A DNA stretch of 64,000 nt, taken from the IMG/VR virus record IMGVR_UViG_2799113183_000001, positions 3,426 through 67,425 of that record; one strand, written 5' to 3'. A program made the translations under genes and the position numbers. Origin of the DNA: a virus (taxonomy: Duplodnaviria > Caudoviricetes). How positions within the stretch are numbered: the first letter of the stretch is position 1; the number at the start of each line of letters is the position of its first letter. Under the pieces are notes generated by a model. The model searched no databases, had not been told where the DNA came from, and was given only the letters and a program-made list of their open reading frames with translations. Positions 42,554 through 53,336 of this stretch are shown here, in pieces.

Positions 42554-42865
42554 ATGGCACGTGTCAGTGCTGCTACGAAGGTTATCGAGGACGCTGTTAG
42601 CGATTTCTTCGCCGAGCTTGTTGGTGAGGTGCGCGTCCCAGAACCGTTGGAGGTCGCTCCGGGCATTGTCTTGACTTGCCCAACTAAGGCGCAGGTGAGC
42701 GCGTTGACGAAGGTTTCGACGGAGGAAGAGGCTCAGAAGCTCATCTTCGGGGATGCCTACGAGGACGCTATGAAGCTGTTTGATCCGCATCCGGTTCAGG
42801 TGTGGAACAAGTTCATGGAGAAGTACAACGAGCATTTCTTCGGGGATAAGTCCTCGGGAAAATAA
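42554..42865 (+). CDS. tail assembly chaperone (G)
   Basis: Between major tail and tape measure genes; ends G GGA AAA TAA. Confidence 0.88.
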   Translation: MARVSAATKVIEDAVSDFFAELVGEVRVPEPLEVAPGIVLTCPTKAQVSALTKVSTEEEAQKLIFGDAYEDAMKLFDPHPVQVWNKFMEKYNEHFFGDKSSGK

Positions 42866-43401
42866 GGCAGGTCGCAGAACTGGTCGGACGGTATTGGCGC
42901 GCGATTGAATGGGATTTCCAAACAATCGGCGTCAATGCCTTGGACTATTTTGCGGCTCCTTGTCGATGTGCACAGTGCCGTGGCTCGAATGAGTTTCATT
43001 CGAGGTTTGCGTCTCGTCGCGACTGGGGGCAGTTCCTACGTTATTACGAAACGTTTGCGTCTATTCGTGGATCGTTTATTCAGTCGGAGATTCTGAATGA
43101 TCCTGATGTTATTGAGGTGCAGGTGAATGCTCCGGATGATGAGTGGACGCCGGGATTGCCGCCGTTGTTTGGTTGGTCTCAATTGGTTGATGCGGTGACT
43201 AATGTTGCTGATCAGTTGATTGCGTCGCGGGCTACGTCGGACAAGATCAAGTTTTATCCGCGCCCGGAGATTCCGGCAGAGCGTGAACGTAAGAAGCGGA
43301 AGGCTAAGAAGCAGGAAAGCGGCCTTGAGGCTGCTCTTGCGCGCGGTATGGATTTGGCGCGCGAACAGGGTATTGACACGGGTCAGTGGACGTACCTCTA
43401 A
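42850..43401 (+). CDS. tail assembly chaperone frameshift extension (T of GT)
   Basis: -1 frame ORF KIRQVAELVGRYWRAIEWDF... Confidence 0.85.
   Translation, partial: VLGKIRQVAELVGRYWRAIEWDFQTIGVNALDYFAAPCRCAQCRGSNEFHSRFASRRDWGQFLRYYETFASIRGSFIQSEILNDPDVIEVQVNAPDDEWTPGLPPLFGWSQLVDAVTNVADQLIASRATSDKIKFYPRPEIPAERERKKRKAKKQESGLEAALARGMDLAREQGIDTGQWTYL
42856..42862 (+). promoter_or_regulatory. -1 programmed ribosomal frameshift site GGGAAAA
   Basis: XXXYYYZ heptamer in phase; the -1 frame is open from 42850 to 43401. Confidence 0.88.
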
Positions 43402-43424
43402 CAACTTAATATTGAGGGGGCACG

Positions 43425-46400
43425 GTGGCTAGCGAATTTATTGCCGCCCAGGCATCGGTGCTTTTGGTTCCGAGCGTTAAGGGCTTCCGGAACCGTTTGA
43501 AGGCACAGCTAGCGACGGTGAATGAGTCCGTCAAGATCGAGGTCGAGGCTCAGACTTCCAAGGCTCTTGCGGAAATTGCGGCGGCTAAGGAATTGGCCGA
43601 GCGTGATCCTATCCGGCTGAATGTCGATACCAAGGGTATTACCGAGATTCGCCATAAGTACGAGGATCTGCGCGGGAAGTTCCGCAAGGGCTTGGTTGTC
43701 AATATCGCTGTTGTCGGCGCGGCGCAGCTCACGCAGCTCGGGCCAGCGTTGGCGGCTCTCAATCAGTCGGTTGTGGCGTTGTCGCAGTCGTCTGCATTGT
43801 TGCCGGGAATCTTGTCCGGCGTTGCGTCGAGTTTCGGGACGTTGGCTGTCGGGTCGCGTGGCGTCAAGGATGCGTTCAAAGCTGTTGCGGCAGCGCAGAA
43901 GGACTCTGCCGATGCTGCCCGTAGGCAGCGTGACGCGAACCGCGCGGTGACTGATGCTACGCGGGACCTGAGTCGTGCGACGAAGGATGCGAAGCGGAAC
44001 CTTGAGGATCTGAACGACCAGTTGCGTTCTGCGCCTTTGGATGAGGCCGAGGCTGTCCTGAATTTGCAGGAGGCTCGGAATGAGGCTGCGCAGGCGTTCG
44101 GTAAGACGGCGTTGCAGCAGCAGCGTGACGCGCTGAATGTACAGAAGGCTGAGGAAGCTCTTGCGTCTACTCGCCGTCGCGGTGCTCGTCTCGTTGATGA
44201 TGTTGCAGAGGCGAACCGAAAGGGCGTGCAGGGCGCTGATGCGGTTGTAGCGGCTACTGAGCGTCTTGCGAAGGCGCAGGAGGACGCGGCGCGGGGTTCG
44301 TCGGCTATGGCCGATCTTGCGCAGGCGATGGCCAAGCTATCGCCCCACGCGCAGGATTTCGTGCAGCGTGTCACGTCGCTCCAGGGCGCGTGGGACGGGT
44401 TGCGCGGGGCCGTGCAGGATCGCCTATTCGCGAATCTTGGTGCGGACATTCAGGGGTTGGCCGGTACTAGCCTGCCGATGCTTGAGCGCGGGATGACCGG
44501 TATCGCAGGCGCGATCAACGGGAACCTGCGGACGGCCATTGCCGAGCTTGGTAGCGGCGGCAATCAGTCGATGATCGAGCACATTTTCGGCAATACCGCT
44601 GATGCGCAGGCGATGCTTGACCGCGCTATCGGGCCGATGCTGGATGCGTTCTTGCGTCTGTCATCGGTGGGTAGCAACTACCTGCCACGTATGGCCGATG
44701 GGTTCGGCGATGTCATACGCCGGTTCGACACGTTCATCTCCAAGGCTGAGGCCGATGGCTCGTTGGACAAGTGGATCAACGCCGGTATCGATGCGCTCAA
44801 GAATCTTGGCAATTCGCTGATCAACATCGGGTCGATTCTGAACAGCATTTCCGAGGCGTTCACCGGCAGCGGCGGTAAGGGCTTCTTGCAGGTCTTGGCC
44901 GAGGGCACGAAGCGTCTGGCTGATTTCTTGAAGGGTGCTGAGGGGCAACAGAAGTTGCGCCAGTTCTTCTATGAGGCGCGAGCCGAGTTGTCGAACTGGA
45001 AGCCGATGCTGCGGGAGCTTCCGGGCATCATCCGTAACGTAGCGAACGCCGGTCAGGCGTGGGCGAATATGTTGCTTCCATTCTTGCGTACTACTGCTGA
45101 GTTGTTGCGGGCGCATCCGGGCTTGGTGCAAACGATTCTGTTTGCGTACCTGGGATGGCGCACGATCAGTCCGATTGTCAAGGGAATTGGGGCTGCGCTC
45201 GACGGAATGAAGGTCGCGCTGGGCGGCGTGTCCGCAGCCTTTGGTGGCGGCAACACAGGAGTCAACGGCAAGGCGAGTGCTTTCAGTTCGTTGATGGGTG
45301 TTGGTGGACCTATCGCTGTGGGTGTGGCTGCGGTCGCGTCGCTGCTGGCTTACCAGTATGTGAATGCGCAGCAAGAAGCTGCCGAGGCTACGCAGTATCA
45401 CGCCAACATGGTTGCGCAGTTGCGCAACGAAATGGACGGTCTGTCAGGGTCATTGACGCAGAAGGGCTTGCTTGACAAGCTGAATCGTGCTGCCGGTTTC
45501 GTTGACAACAACGAGACGAACGCGAAGCCGCGCGATCTGCCGGGGCTGGCGGAGTCGCAGTTCGGTGTCTCGCGCGATCAGTTCGGTCAGGCTTTGGTGC
45601 CGTCGAATCAGGCTGCGCGCGACGAGGTTGTCAGCAAGGCGCGTGAGGCGATCCTTGCCGAGCTGAACTCGAAGTCCACGAAGGAACTTGTTGGCGAGTT
45701 CGATGCGAGCTTCCTCGACACTAACCGTACGCTGCCAGATGGCGATCCGCGAAAGATCACGAATGAGGTGCTAGCGCGGGCACTTACGGGTGATTCCAAG
45801 GCGCGTGAGCAGTTTGAGAATGCGCGCATGCCGTTCTCGCTTAGTGATGTGCTTTACGGGTACAACAATCCGCTGGATTGGGTTCCGTTTGCCGAGGGCG
45901 ATACGCCTGGCCTGTCCGAGAAGGCTCGGGCCGGTGCGAATATCAGCCGATTCATTACGGACGACACGAATCACGCCAATCAGGTTGGCGCTGAGACGCG
46001 TGCCAATAATCAGGCTGTCGCCGGTCGTGCTCGGTTCAAGCCTGGTGTGGGTAATCCGTTTGCGGCGCTGGGTAATCCGCAGCCGTACTGGGAGCCTGGT
46101 GGCCAGGGCAAGGCCGGTATCCGCGTTAACGCGCTGCTGCGCGATATGCAGAAGGACCAGCCTGGTCTAGTTGAGGCTATCCGTAAGAACGGTGGCCAGT
46201 TTGAGGAACTGGTGGACGGCACGGTCATCCATCTTGATCCTGACCGGGCCAAGCTCTATCTGGATTCATACGCAGACGGCGGCATGTTCAGCGGTGCTGG
46301 TACTGGCCGCTCAGATTCGATGATTGCGCGAGTTTCTAACGGAGAGTTCATTACTCGCGCGTCGTCTGTTGCTAAGTATGGCTCAGCGTTCATGCATGCG

Positions 46401-48341
46401 GTCAATGAGGGCAAGATCGATCGTGATCAACTGCCCGGCTTTGACAAGGGCGGCGAGGTTGGGCCACAGCTGATTACGGCTCCGGTTAAGCCTCGTACGG
46501 ATTACAAGGTTGTTCCGAACATGCCTCCGGTCGCGCCGCCTGCTCCGGCACCGGCTCCAGCCGCTCCGGCAGCTCCGGCGTTTCCGGATATGCCCGACAC
46601 GTCGAATCCTGGTCTCTATGACCCGGCGACGGGCAATTACTCGAAGCTACCAAGCGATTTGGGTAACGCTGGCGACACCTCGGGGCAGAACGTTCCGCAG
46701 GCGCCAACGGTTGTGCAGACTCCGCAGGGGCCGCAGATTGCGTCTCCTGGCGGCATTAACCCGTTGCAACTTGGTGGCGGGTTGAAGTCGTTGCCGGAGA
46801 ATTTGAATCCGGTAAGCATCCTGGAGGATATCGGCCAGATCATCTTGCAGGCGATTGCCGGTTTCTTCGGTATCGATCTGTCGTACTTGAACGCTGGCCG
46901 TCAGCTCCTTAGCGGGGTCACTGGCCAGTTTGGGGCAGCCGCGAATCCGGAAGCGCAGCAGTTGATGGACCAGGTTCTGTCGCCGCTACCGAACAGCCAG
47001 TCAGCTTTCGTTCCGCAAAGTGGGGCGGGTGCAACGGCTTTCGAGCGTGCTTCTGCGATGGCCGATTCGATGCGCGGCAAGCCGTATGTGTGGGGTGGTG
47101 GATCACTAGACGGTACGGACTGTTCCGGACTGGTGATGTACGTCGCTGATGCATACGCGGGTCGCCCGTTCTCGGGTCGATCAGGTGGCACGGGCACCGA
47201 GGGTGAAACCTTGCGGGCCAAGGGTGCTGTTCTGATTAGCGATCCGTCGCAGGCTCCACCTGGAACGCTGCGCATCGGTTGGAATGCCTCGCATACCGCT
47301 GGAACGCTGCCGGATGGGCGCAACTTTGAGGCGTCGAACGAGAACACGCCGATCACGATTGGTTCGGGTGCGGCTGGCTATAGCAGTGGGCAGTTCACGA
47401 ACTGGGCGTACTTCCCGGTTCCGGCGTACGCGAATGGCGGCTTCTTGTCGGGCGCTGGTACTGGCTCATCGGATTCGATGCTTGCCCGTGTCTCGAATGG
47501 TGAGTTCATCACGCGCGCTTCGTCTGTGGCGAAGTACGGGTCGGGGTTCTTCCATGCGCTGAACGAGGGCAAGATTGATCGGGGTTCGCTTCCGGGCTTC
47601 GCTGAGGGTGACTTGGTGGGGGTTCCGGTTGCTCCGCCTCCGGCTCCGACGCCTCCGGCTGGGCCTAATCCGGCTCCGGCTCCTGCGGCTCAGTCTGTGG
47701 GACCGTTGCCTGCTCCGGCTGAGGCCACGCAGGCTCCGCAGTCGCAGGGCCTACCGACTGACACGGCGACTCAGGCTGTCGGTGACGCGATGTCGAGCAT
47801 TGGTTCGGCGCTTGGCGGCGGCAGTGCTGGCGGTGGCGCTTCTCCGGGTGCTGAGGCTCCAGAGGGTGCTACGCCTGAGCAGGACCCGCGTTCAATCCTT
47901 GGTGCGGCTCCGAAGAATCAGGATCACAATGCGCCTTGGTTGTCGAAGGGCATTCAGGGTGCGGCGTCAACGATTGGGTCTGCTATCGGTTCGGCGATTG
48001 GTGCTGCCGGTGCCGCTGGCGGGGCGTTCGCTCCGGGTAGTGGTGCGGCGGCGAGTGCGGCTGCGTCTATGGCGCAGGGTGGCGCTCAGATCGCGGGCCA
48101 GGCTGTCAGCGGTGTTGTGAATGTCTTGTCGAGCTTGCTTGTGGGTACGGCTTCTGGGGGTACGACGCAGGGCGCTTATGGCGCTCCTGTGCTGCCGCAG
48201 GGTCCTCCGCAGTCGCAGGGTCGCGGGCCGGGAATTGTTAACAACTACGGCGACATTCACACCGCGAACTATGACGAGTTCTACAAGGGACAGCAGCGTC
48301 GTGAAGCGCAGCAGCAGGCACCAATCCTGCCGATGCGATAA
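43425..48341 (+). CDS. tape measure protein with C-terminal NlpC/P60-like domain
   Basis: 1638 aa, Ala-rich and helical; GKPYVWGG...DCSGLV...H motif near the C-terminus. Confidence 0.95.
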   Translation: MASEFIAAQASVLLVPSVKGFRNRLKAQLATVNESVKIEVEAQTSKALAEIAAAKELAERDPIRLNVDTKGITEIRHKYEDLRGKFRKGLVVNIAVVGAAQLTQLGPALAALNQSVVALSQSSALLPGILSGVASSFGTLAVGSRGVKDAFKAVAAAQKDSADAARRQRDANRAVTDATRDLSRATKDAKRNLEDLNDQLRSAPLDEAEAVLNLQEARNEAAQAFGKTALQQQRDALNVQKAEEALASTRRRGARLVDDVAEANRKGVQGADAVVAATERLAKAQEDAARGSSAMADLAQAMAKLSPHAQDFVQRVTSLQGAWDGLRGAVQDRLFANLGADIQGLAGTSLPMLERGMTGIAGAINGNLRTAIAELGSGGNQSMIEHIFGNTADAQAMLDRAIGPMLDAFLRLSSVGSNYLPRMADGFGDVIRRFDTFISKAEADGSLDKWINAGIDALKNLGNSLINIGSILNSISEAFTGSGGKGFLQVLAEGTKRLADFLKGAEGQQKLRQFFYEARAELSNWKPMLRELPGIIRNVANAGQAWANMLLPFLRTTAELLRAHPGLVQTILFAYLGWRTISPIVKGIGAALDGMKVALGGVSAAFGGGNTGVNGKASAFSSLMGVGGPIAVGVAAVASLLAYQYVNAQQEAAEATQYHANMVAQLRNEMDGLSGSLTQKGLLDKLNRAAGFVDNNETNAKPRDLPGLAESQFGVSRDQFGQALVPSNQAARDEVVSKAREAILAELNSKSTKELVGEFDASFLDTNRTLPDGDPRKITNEVLARALTGDSKAREQFENARMPFSLSDVLYGYNNPLDWVPFAEGDTPGLSEKARAGANISRFITDDTNHANQVGAETRANNQAVAGRARFKPGVGNPFAALGNPQPYWEPGGQGKAGIRVNALLRDMQKDQPGLVEAIRKNGGQFEELVDGTVIHLDPDRAKLYLDSYADGGMFSGAGTGRSDSMIARVSNGEFITRASSVAKYGSAFMHAVNEGKIDRDQLPGFDKGGEVGPQLITAPVKPRTDYKVVPNMPPVAPPAPAPAPAAPAAPAFPDMPDTSNPGLYDPATGNYSKLPSDLGNAGDTSGQNVPQAPTVVQTPQGPQIASPGGINPLQLGGGLKSLPENLNPVSILEDIGQIILQAIAGFFGIDLSYLNAGRQLLSGVTGQFGAAANPEAQQLMDQVLSPLPNSQSAFVPQSGAGATAFERASAMADSMRGKPYVWGGGSLDGTDCSGLVMYVADAYAGRPFSGRSGGTGTEGETLRAKGAVLISDPSQAPPGTLRIGWNASHTAGTLPDGRNFEASNENTPITIGSGAAGYSSGQFTNWAYFPVPAYANGGFLSGAGTGSSDSMLARVSNGEFITRASSVAKYGSGFFHALNEGKIDRGSLPGFAEGDLVGVPVAPPPAPTPPAGPNPAPAPAAQSVGPLPAPAEATQAPQSQGLPTDTATQAVGDAMSSIGSALGGGSAGGGASPGAEAPEGATPEQDPRSILGAAPKNQDHNAPWLSKGIQGAASTIGSAIGSAIGAAGAAGGAFAPGSGAAASAAASMAQGGAQIAGQAVSGVVNVLSSLLVGTASGGTTQGAYGAPVLPQGPPQSQGRGPGIVNNYGDIHTANYDEFYKGQQRREAQQQAPILPMR

Positions 48342-48360
48342 CTAAATACGGATACAGGTA

Positions 48361-48410
48361 ACCCCCTGTTCGGCGTTCGGTTCTGACCGATCACCGGACG
48401 GGGGTTTCTT
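48361..48410 (+). terminator. hairpin/terminator after the tape measure gene
   Basis: ACCCCCTGTTCGG...CCGGACGGGGGT followed by TTCTT. Confidence 0.55.
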
Positions 48411-48431
48411 GTAGGAAAGACAACTGAATAA

Positions 48432-49313
48432 GTGACCGATTACCTGAAAATTGAATTGACGGGTCGGGATGGTTCGCACTGGGTTCTTTCAGGTCCAGGC
48501 ATGGGGCAGCAAGGGGTAACTCTTAATCCCAACTTGCAGCAGTTCTATGACGCTCCTGTAAAGACGTTGTACGTACCGGGTCCGTTTGGTGAGGAATATG
48601 CCGGAAAGCGTGTTCAGCGTCGCGAGATTGTGTTTTCTGTTCAGGCTTGGGACGACGATCCGGATACGTGGCGCACGATTGATTCGGCGTGGCGTTGGGC
48701 GTGGGATTACGACGAGGAATCCACGCTCAAGGTAACCACAAACGACGGTACCCGTTTTCTGAATGTGCGGCTTATGGAGGAACCAAAGCCGTATTACGAG
48801 AAAGATCCGCATATCACGCGGGACAACCCGATCGTGATGACTGCAACGGCAACGTTCCCGTATTGGCAAGAGGAATCTTCCGAAAGCGTTTGGGACACGC
48901 TCCAGACCGCTGATCGCACGGTGTTCCCGGTTCGCAATGACGGCGATGTGCCGGTGTGGCTTCGGTGGGCGTTCACCGCGCCGGGGCTGTGGATCGTGCC
49001 GGATTTTTCGTGGGGCAACGATCTGTACTCGCGCGGCCAGGAGGACTTGGGCCGCACGCTCCCTCTGCCTGAGCTACGGGAGAACGAGCACGTATCGGTC
49101 GATTCCGATCCGCGCGTACAGACGATTATCGCCGTCAACGGCGCTCCTGTGCAGCATCGCTGGAAGGGCAACGATCTGCTCTACCCGCTGATGCCGGGTA
49201 AGGGTGCTGACCTGCCGGTGCAGTTGAAGAACGCTCCGCAGGGCGGGGCGTGCAAGCTCACTGTTCCGCGTTGGTTTTCGCGTCCGTGGTCACGTCCGGG
49301 GGCGCGGCTATGA
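48432..49313 (+). CDS. minor tail protein (distal tail, Dit-like)
   Basis: First gene after the tape measure; GSHWVLSG, NDGDVPVW motifs. Confidence 0.85.
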   Translation: MTDYLKIELTGRDGSHWVLSGPGMGQQGVTLNPNLQQFYDAPVKTLYVPGPFGEEYAGKRVQRREIVFSVQAWDDDPDTWRTIDSAWRWAWDYDEESTLKVTTNDGTRFLNVRLMEEPKPYYEKDPHITRDNPIVMTATATFPYWQEESSESVWDTLQTADRTVFPVRNDGDVPVWLRWAFTAPGLWIVPDFSWGNDLYSRGQEDLGRTLPLPELRENEHVSVDSDPRVQTIIAVNGAPVQHRWKGNDLLYPLMPGKGADLPVQLKNAPQGGACKLTVPRWFSRPWSRPGARL

Positions 49314-51073
49314 CGGCGTGGGCGGACATTCTGGCAGCCAACACGGGTGATCCGTGGAAGGCATTTAAGACTCTTGAGCGCGAGGCCGACGAGGTTCGCG
49401 CGCAGCATCACGCATTCCGGCGCGCTAAGCCGCTGATCCGGTTGTGGATGAACGATCCAGACGGCGATGCCGGTCTGGTTTATGTGGGGCGCGTCGATTA
49501 CGACGACACCATTCGGGGAGCGTTCCCATTCAAGAACAACACGGTTAGTCAGGGTGTTCTTGAGTTGCGTGACGATCATTACCTTGCGGTGTGGTTGAAG
49601 CAGTTGCCAAACAATCCGGAACTAAAGAAGAACGTTGTTATCACCGTTGATTTCTACGGTGGTCAGAAACGTTGGTCCGGCTTGTTGGATAAGTGGACGA
49701 TTAAGTCGAAGGATCATGTCAAGTATTTGGAGGTCACCTTTAATGATGACCTTGCGTTTTTGCAATATTTGCTCTGCCCGCCAAATCCAGCATTGCCAAT
49801 CCCGGTCCTGCAATTTCCACGCATTTTTGCGCTGGCTGGCCCCGCGAAATGGTGTATCTCTGCTCTAATTTTCATCAATCTATGGCGGGTCCAATCGTCA
49901 ATTTGGTCACTTCCTGATGATCCGTTCAATTTGGAATCATGGGATGACGCGATTGATTGGTCTGATTGGCAGTGCCATGTGAAGGCATCGCCTTGGTTGT
50001 TGGATGATTCGTCGCTGTGGACGTTCCTGTCCTCGCGAATGAATCCGGTCGATTCGGTCATCGCGGATTCGCTTGACGACGCGCAGCTCACACTGACGTA
50101 CCGGCGCATCCTGACCGATGACGGCGAGACGGCAGACGGGCTGATTGGTGTTCCGGGCGGCAACGTCAAGAACGGTGCGTTGGTGTTCGAGGTCGTTGAC
50201 AACTCGAATGCGACCGCTCTTGGGGGCACGTTCTTTGAGGGCACGATTCTGGACGGCTTTGTCCGGTCGGTGATGGTGTACGGCGGCGGGTTCGTGGAGG
50301 ACTCGTTGAACGTCATCAATGACGACCAGACGTTGCAGCCGGACGAGTACTACCGATCTGGCTGGTTGGCGACGATGGCGAAGCAGCCGTGGCTTGTGAT
50401 CCGTGACAACGAATGGACTCCTATTGAGTCATCGGATTTGTCGTGGGGTCCGGCCAAGAACGTTGCGGTTGTGGTCGGTGGCGACAACCCAGCTGCGGAT
50501 GCTATCGCGAAGTTGATCATTGAGACAACGGGAAACCTGTTGGGCTGGTTGCTTCTTGGTGGATTCTCTGGTGCGGGTGGTATCGCGGCTGACGTGATCA
50601 TGCCGTTCATCGTCGGCACTATCGCGGCGTGGCTGCACTGGAAGAACACCGGCAGGGCAACGCAACTCGGTTGGGTTCACTACTGGGAGCTGTATCAGCA
50701 GGGCGCTGAGAACAACTCGTGGTCGTTGGCGGCTCTGTCGGCGCTACGAGGCGGGTTCCTTGTTGGTCGCGCTGAGACGGTGCACCTGATGGCGTTGCAC
50801 GACTCGTGGATCATTCCGGGGCTGCATATCGACATTGGTCAGCGTCTTGGTTCCACGGTTCTGTCCAAGGGTGTCGAGCACATCATCTGGGTTAACCAGT
50901 TGGAGGAAATGACGTGCGCTTGGGACAACACGTCGAGCCCCGCGCCTATGTCGTGGGTGTTGAAGGCCGGTAAGTCCGAGCGCGCGCAGTCGATCGGTGA
51001 GCGCATGGCTCGCTTGGCGAAAAAGATGAGTGAAGCACTGAACAACGTTGGTGTGCAACTGATTCAGAGCTAA
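49310..51073 (+). CDS. minor tail protein (baseplate hub)
   Basis: Synteny; PLIRLW, RMNP, HIDIGQRLG motifs of mycobacteriophage hubs. Confidence 0.85.
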   Translation: MTAWADILAANTGDPWKAFKTLEREADEVRAQHHAFRRAKPLIRLWMNDPDGDAGLVYVGRVDYDDTIRGAFPFKNNTVSQGVLELRDDHYLAVWLKQLPNNPELKKNVVITVDFYGGQKRWSGLLDKWTIKSKDHVKYLEVTFNDDLAFLQYLLCPPNPALPIPVLQFPRIFALAGPAKWCISALIFINLWRVQSSIWSLPDDPFNLESWDDAIDWSDWQCHVKASPWLLDDSSLWTFLSSRMNPVDSVIADSLDDAQLTLTYRRILTDDGETADGLIGVPGGNVKNGALVFEVVDNSNATALGGTFFEGTILDGFVRSVMVYGGGFVEDSLNVINDDQTLQPDEYYRSGWLATMAKQPWLVIRDNEWTPIESSDLSWGPAKNVAVVVGGDNPAADAIAKLIIETTGNLLGWLLLGGFSGAGGIAADVIMPFIVGTIAAWLHWKNTGRATQLGWVHYWELYQQGAENNSWSLAALSALRGGFLVGRAETVHLMALHDSWIIPGLHIDIGQRLGSTVLSKGVEHIIWVNQLEEMTCAWDNTSSPAPMSWVLKAGKSERAQSIGERMARLAKKMSEALNNVGVQLIQS

Positions 51074-51084
51074 TAGGGGGAAAA

Positions 51085-51537
51085 GTGGCAAAGACTCAGG
51101 CTGAGTCGAACATGGAAGATCCTGCGGAGGTTTTCGCGTGGATGTTCACGGCTGGGGTTCCGGACCCTCGCGATAGCGGGGAGGGCAAGTTCCGGAATCA
51201 GCCTCTCATTCCACCGGCATGCTTCCCGGCGTTGTCAAAAATGCTGTGGGACTTCGGATGCCGGTTCCATCCGGAATTGCAGACAAAGTGGATCAAGCCG
51301 AGCGATGGCGCGTTCCGCAACTTTGAGGTGTGGGAGACCGTTGGGGTCAAGCCGGAGGAAGTGATGCCGGAGGTCGCGGCGATGGCTGCCGATCAGTATC
51401 CGGAAATGGCTGCGGGGATTGCGGATATGGACCCGGCTGACCATGAGGCGGCATTGCGTGAGGTTGAGGACAAGTTGCTCTCTGGCCTGTCGCGGCTGAT
51501 GAAGGCGCGTGAACAGATGGAGAAGTCGGGGGGCTGA
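51085..51537 (+). CDS. minor tail protein (DUF2744-like)
   Basis: DPAEVFAW...LWDFGCRFHPELQTK. Confidence 0.75.
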   Translation: MAKTQAESNMEDPAEVFAWMFTAGVPDPRDSGEGKFRNQPLIPPACFPALSKMLWDFGCRFHPELQTKWIKPSDGAFRNFEVWETVGVKPEEVMPEVAAMAADQYPEMAAGIADMDPADHEAALREVEDKLLSGLSRLMKAREQMEKSGG

Positions 51538-51540
51538 TAG

Positions 51541-52995
51541 ATGACGATGCCAGATGGGGGGACCGGCCTGACGCCTGGCGCGGGCTGGCTGCACCCCTTC
51601 ACGGTGAAGAAGGGCATGTCTCAGTTCGAGGGGCGTACGCGACCTTTCGTTGATGACTATTACAAGACGCAGATCCAGGGCTCCGATCCGTGGAAAGCGG
51701 CTGCTAACACGTTCTTTCAGAACATTCTCAAGGGGTTCGGTGATCTACAGAACTTCTTGACCCTCGTGGTTAAGGCAGCGACGGGTGCGCCTGGTGGCCT
51801 GTTGGAGCTGACGCAGTTCTTCGCAGCTCGTTGGAATGACTTGGCGGATGCGTTCGAGCAGGCTATCGAGTCGATTGCCGGGTTGAAGTGGCTGCGGGAC
51901 ATCCTGACTGGGATCACCGGGGCTTCGGATTCCCAGGTGCAGAGCTGGGTGACGCAGCTATTGACGGCGGCGTCAAATCTGGATGCGGGCAAGGTAATTG
52001 GCTTGCTGGCGGCTGCGGTAATCCCAGGCTTGGACGCTTCAAAGATCACCTCGGGGCAGTTCGCGCAGTCGATGGTTGCCGGTCTGACGGGCGTGTTGGC
52101 CAACTTAGTAGATGGCCTGACGAAGGTTGGCAATGACCTCGGTTCGGTCATCAAGGGTTTGTTCGATGGCTGGTTTGGCGGTGGTGGTACCGGCAGTCCG
52201 CAGGAGGTCCAGTACACCATTCAGGCGATCAAAGATGCTGTCGTCAATGGTTACACCGTTACGACATTCGTCTCATCGCAGGTGAATTGGGCCAAGCCGC
52301 AGTGTACCGAGATGGTGGCTGTTCTGATTGGCGGCGGTCAAAATGGTGCGGAAGGGGTGGACGGGCCTCAGGGGCCGGGGGCTCTAGGGGGCTCGCACGG
52401 CTCGTACATCGTGCAGCAGCTAGTGGTCGCTGATCTTCCATCGGCACTGGATATCCAAGTCGGCACGGCGGGCAATAGGTCGTACGTGCGGTCCGCGAAT
52501 GGATCTCACACGGGCACGATCATTGTCGAGTCTGGCCCTCATGGCTCGTTGGGTGGCACGGCCACCACGTTCGGCTATGCGGGAACTGCGTCTCAGCCAG
52601 GCAGCGGCGGTTTCGGCGCGGCTGGCGGGAACACCATTGGAGGTCGCGAACCGACGCCTGGTGGTCCCGGTGTGCCAAGTACTGCCGCTGTTGGCGGAAG
52701 CGCTGGCACCGCTGGCGTCAATGCTGGTGATGGCGGGGACGGAGGCGCTGGCGGCAATGTCTCTGCTGGCGCGTTGACCAAGTGCGGCGGTGGCGGCGGT
52801 GGCGGCGGCGGTCGTGGTGGCGGCGGCGCAGCGTTCCAGAGCGCCGGTAACGGTGGCCGTGGCGGGCCTGGTGGCTATCCGGGCGGCGGTGGCGGTGCCG
52901 GTGGCGGTCGTGGTCTGAATGCGACGTACGGCAACGGAAACCAGGGGCCTGGCGGGCCTGGCGCTACGGGTGTCGTGTGGTTGTTCTACAGGTAA
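51541..52995 (+). CDS. minor tail protein with glycine-rich C-terminus
   Basis: LDASKITSGQF motif; long Gly-rich domain. Confidence 0.85.
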   Translation: MTMPDGGTGLTPGAGWLHPFTVKKGMSQFEGRTRPFVDDYYKTQIQGSDPWKAAANTFFQNILKGFGDLQNFLTLVVKAATGAPGGLLELTQFFAARWNDLADAFEQAIESIAGLKWLRDILTGITGASDSQVQSWVTQLLTAASNLDAGKVIGLLAAAVIPGLDASKITSGQFAQSMVAGLTGVLANLVDGLTKVGNDLGSVIKGLFDGWFGGGGTGSPQEVQYTIQAIKDAVVNGYTVTTFVSSQVNWAKPQCTEMVAVLIGGGQNGAEGVDGPQGPGALGGSHGSYIVQQLVVADLPSALDIQVGTAGNRSYVRSANGSHTGTIIVESGPHGSLGGTATTFGYAGTASQPGSGGFGAAGGNTIGGREPTPGGPGVPSTAAVGGSAGTAGVNAGDGGDGGAGGNVSAGALTKCGGGGGGGGGRGGGGAAFQSAGNGGRGGPGGYPGGGGGAGGGRGLNATYGNGNQGPGGPGATGVVWLFYR

Positions 52996-53009
52996 TCGAG
53001 GGGGGATTG

Positions 53010-53336
53010 ATGATTACGGCTGAATTGGTGGCAGAAATGCTGCCGAACTATTGCCCGACGACGAACCACTACAAGTGTTCAGACGGCAAGTATCTGTTGG
53101 TCACTAAGCCAACACTCGATTCTGTTGGGACACTGAATAAGACGTTGGGGATGACGGTTCCGGTGGCGGCCTCGCACCTGCCGATAAGCGTAGATGTGTT
53201 CGCGTCCAATGCGAATGCGGAGGTTCTGGACAGCGATGGCGATCCGTCCAACGGATTGACGCCGATCGCGCGCCTGGCTGCCGAGAGCCATGAGGCCGCG
53301 TTGAAGGAACTCGGATACATGCTGGCGGTGGAGTAG
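53010..53336 (+). CDS. tail-region hypothetical protein
   Basis: RBS GAGGGGGG. Confidence 0.7.
   Translation: MITAELVAEMLPNYCPTTNHYKCSDGKYLLVTKPTLDSVGTLNKTLGMTVPVAASHLPISVDVFASNANAEVLDSDGDPSNGLTPIARLAAESHEAALKELGYMLAVE

Noticed and set aside
52560-52980. GGC-rich repeats (also 54390-54830)
   Set aside because: They encode glycine-rich domains common in actinophage minor tail proteins
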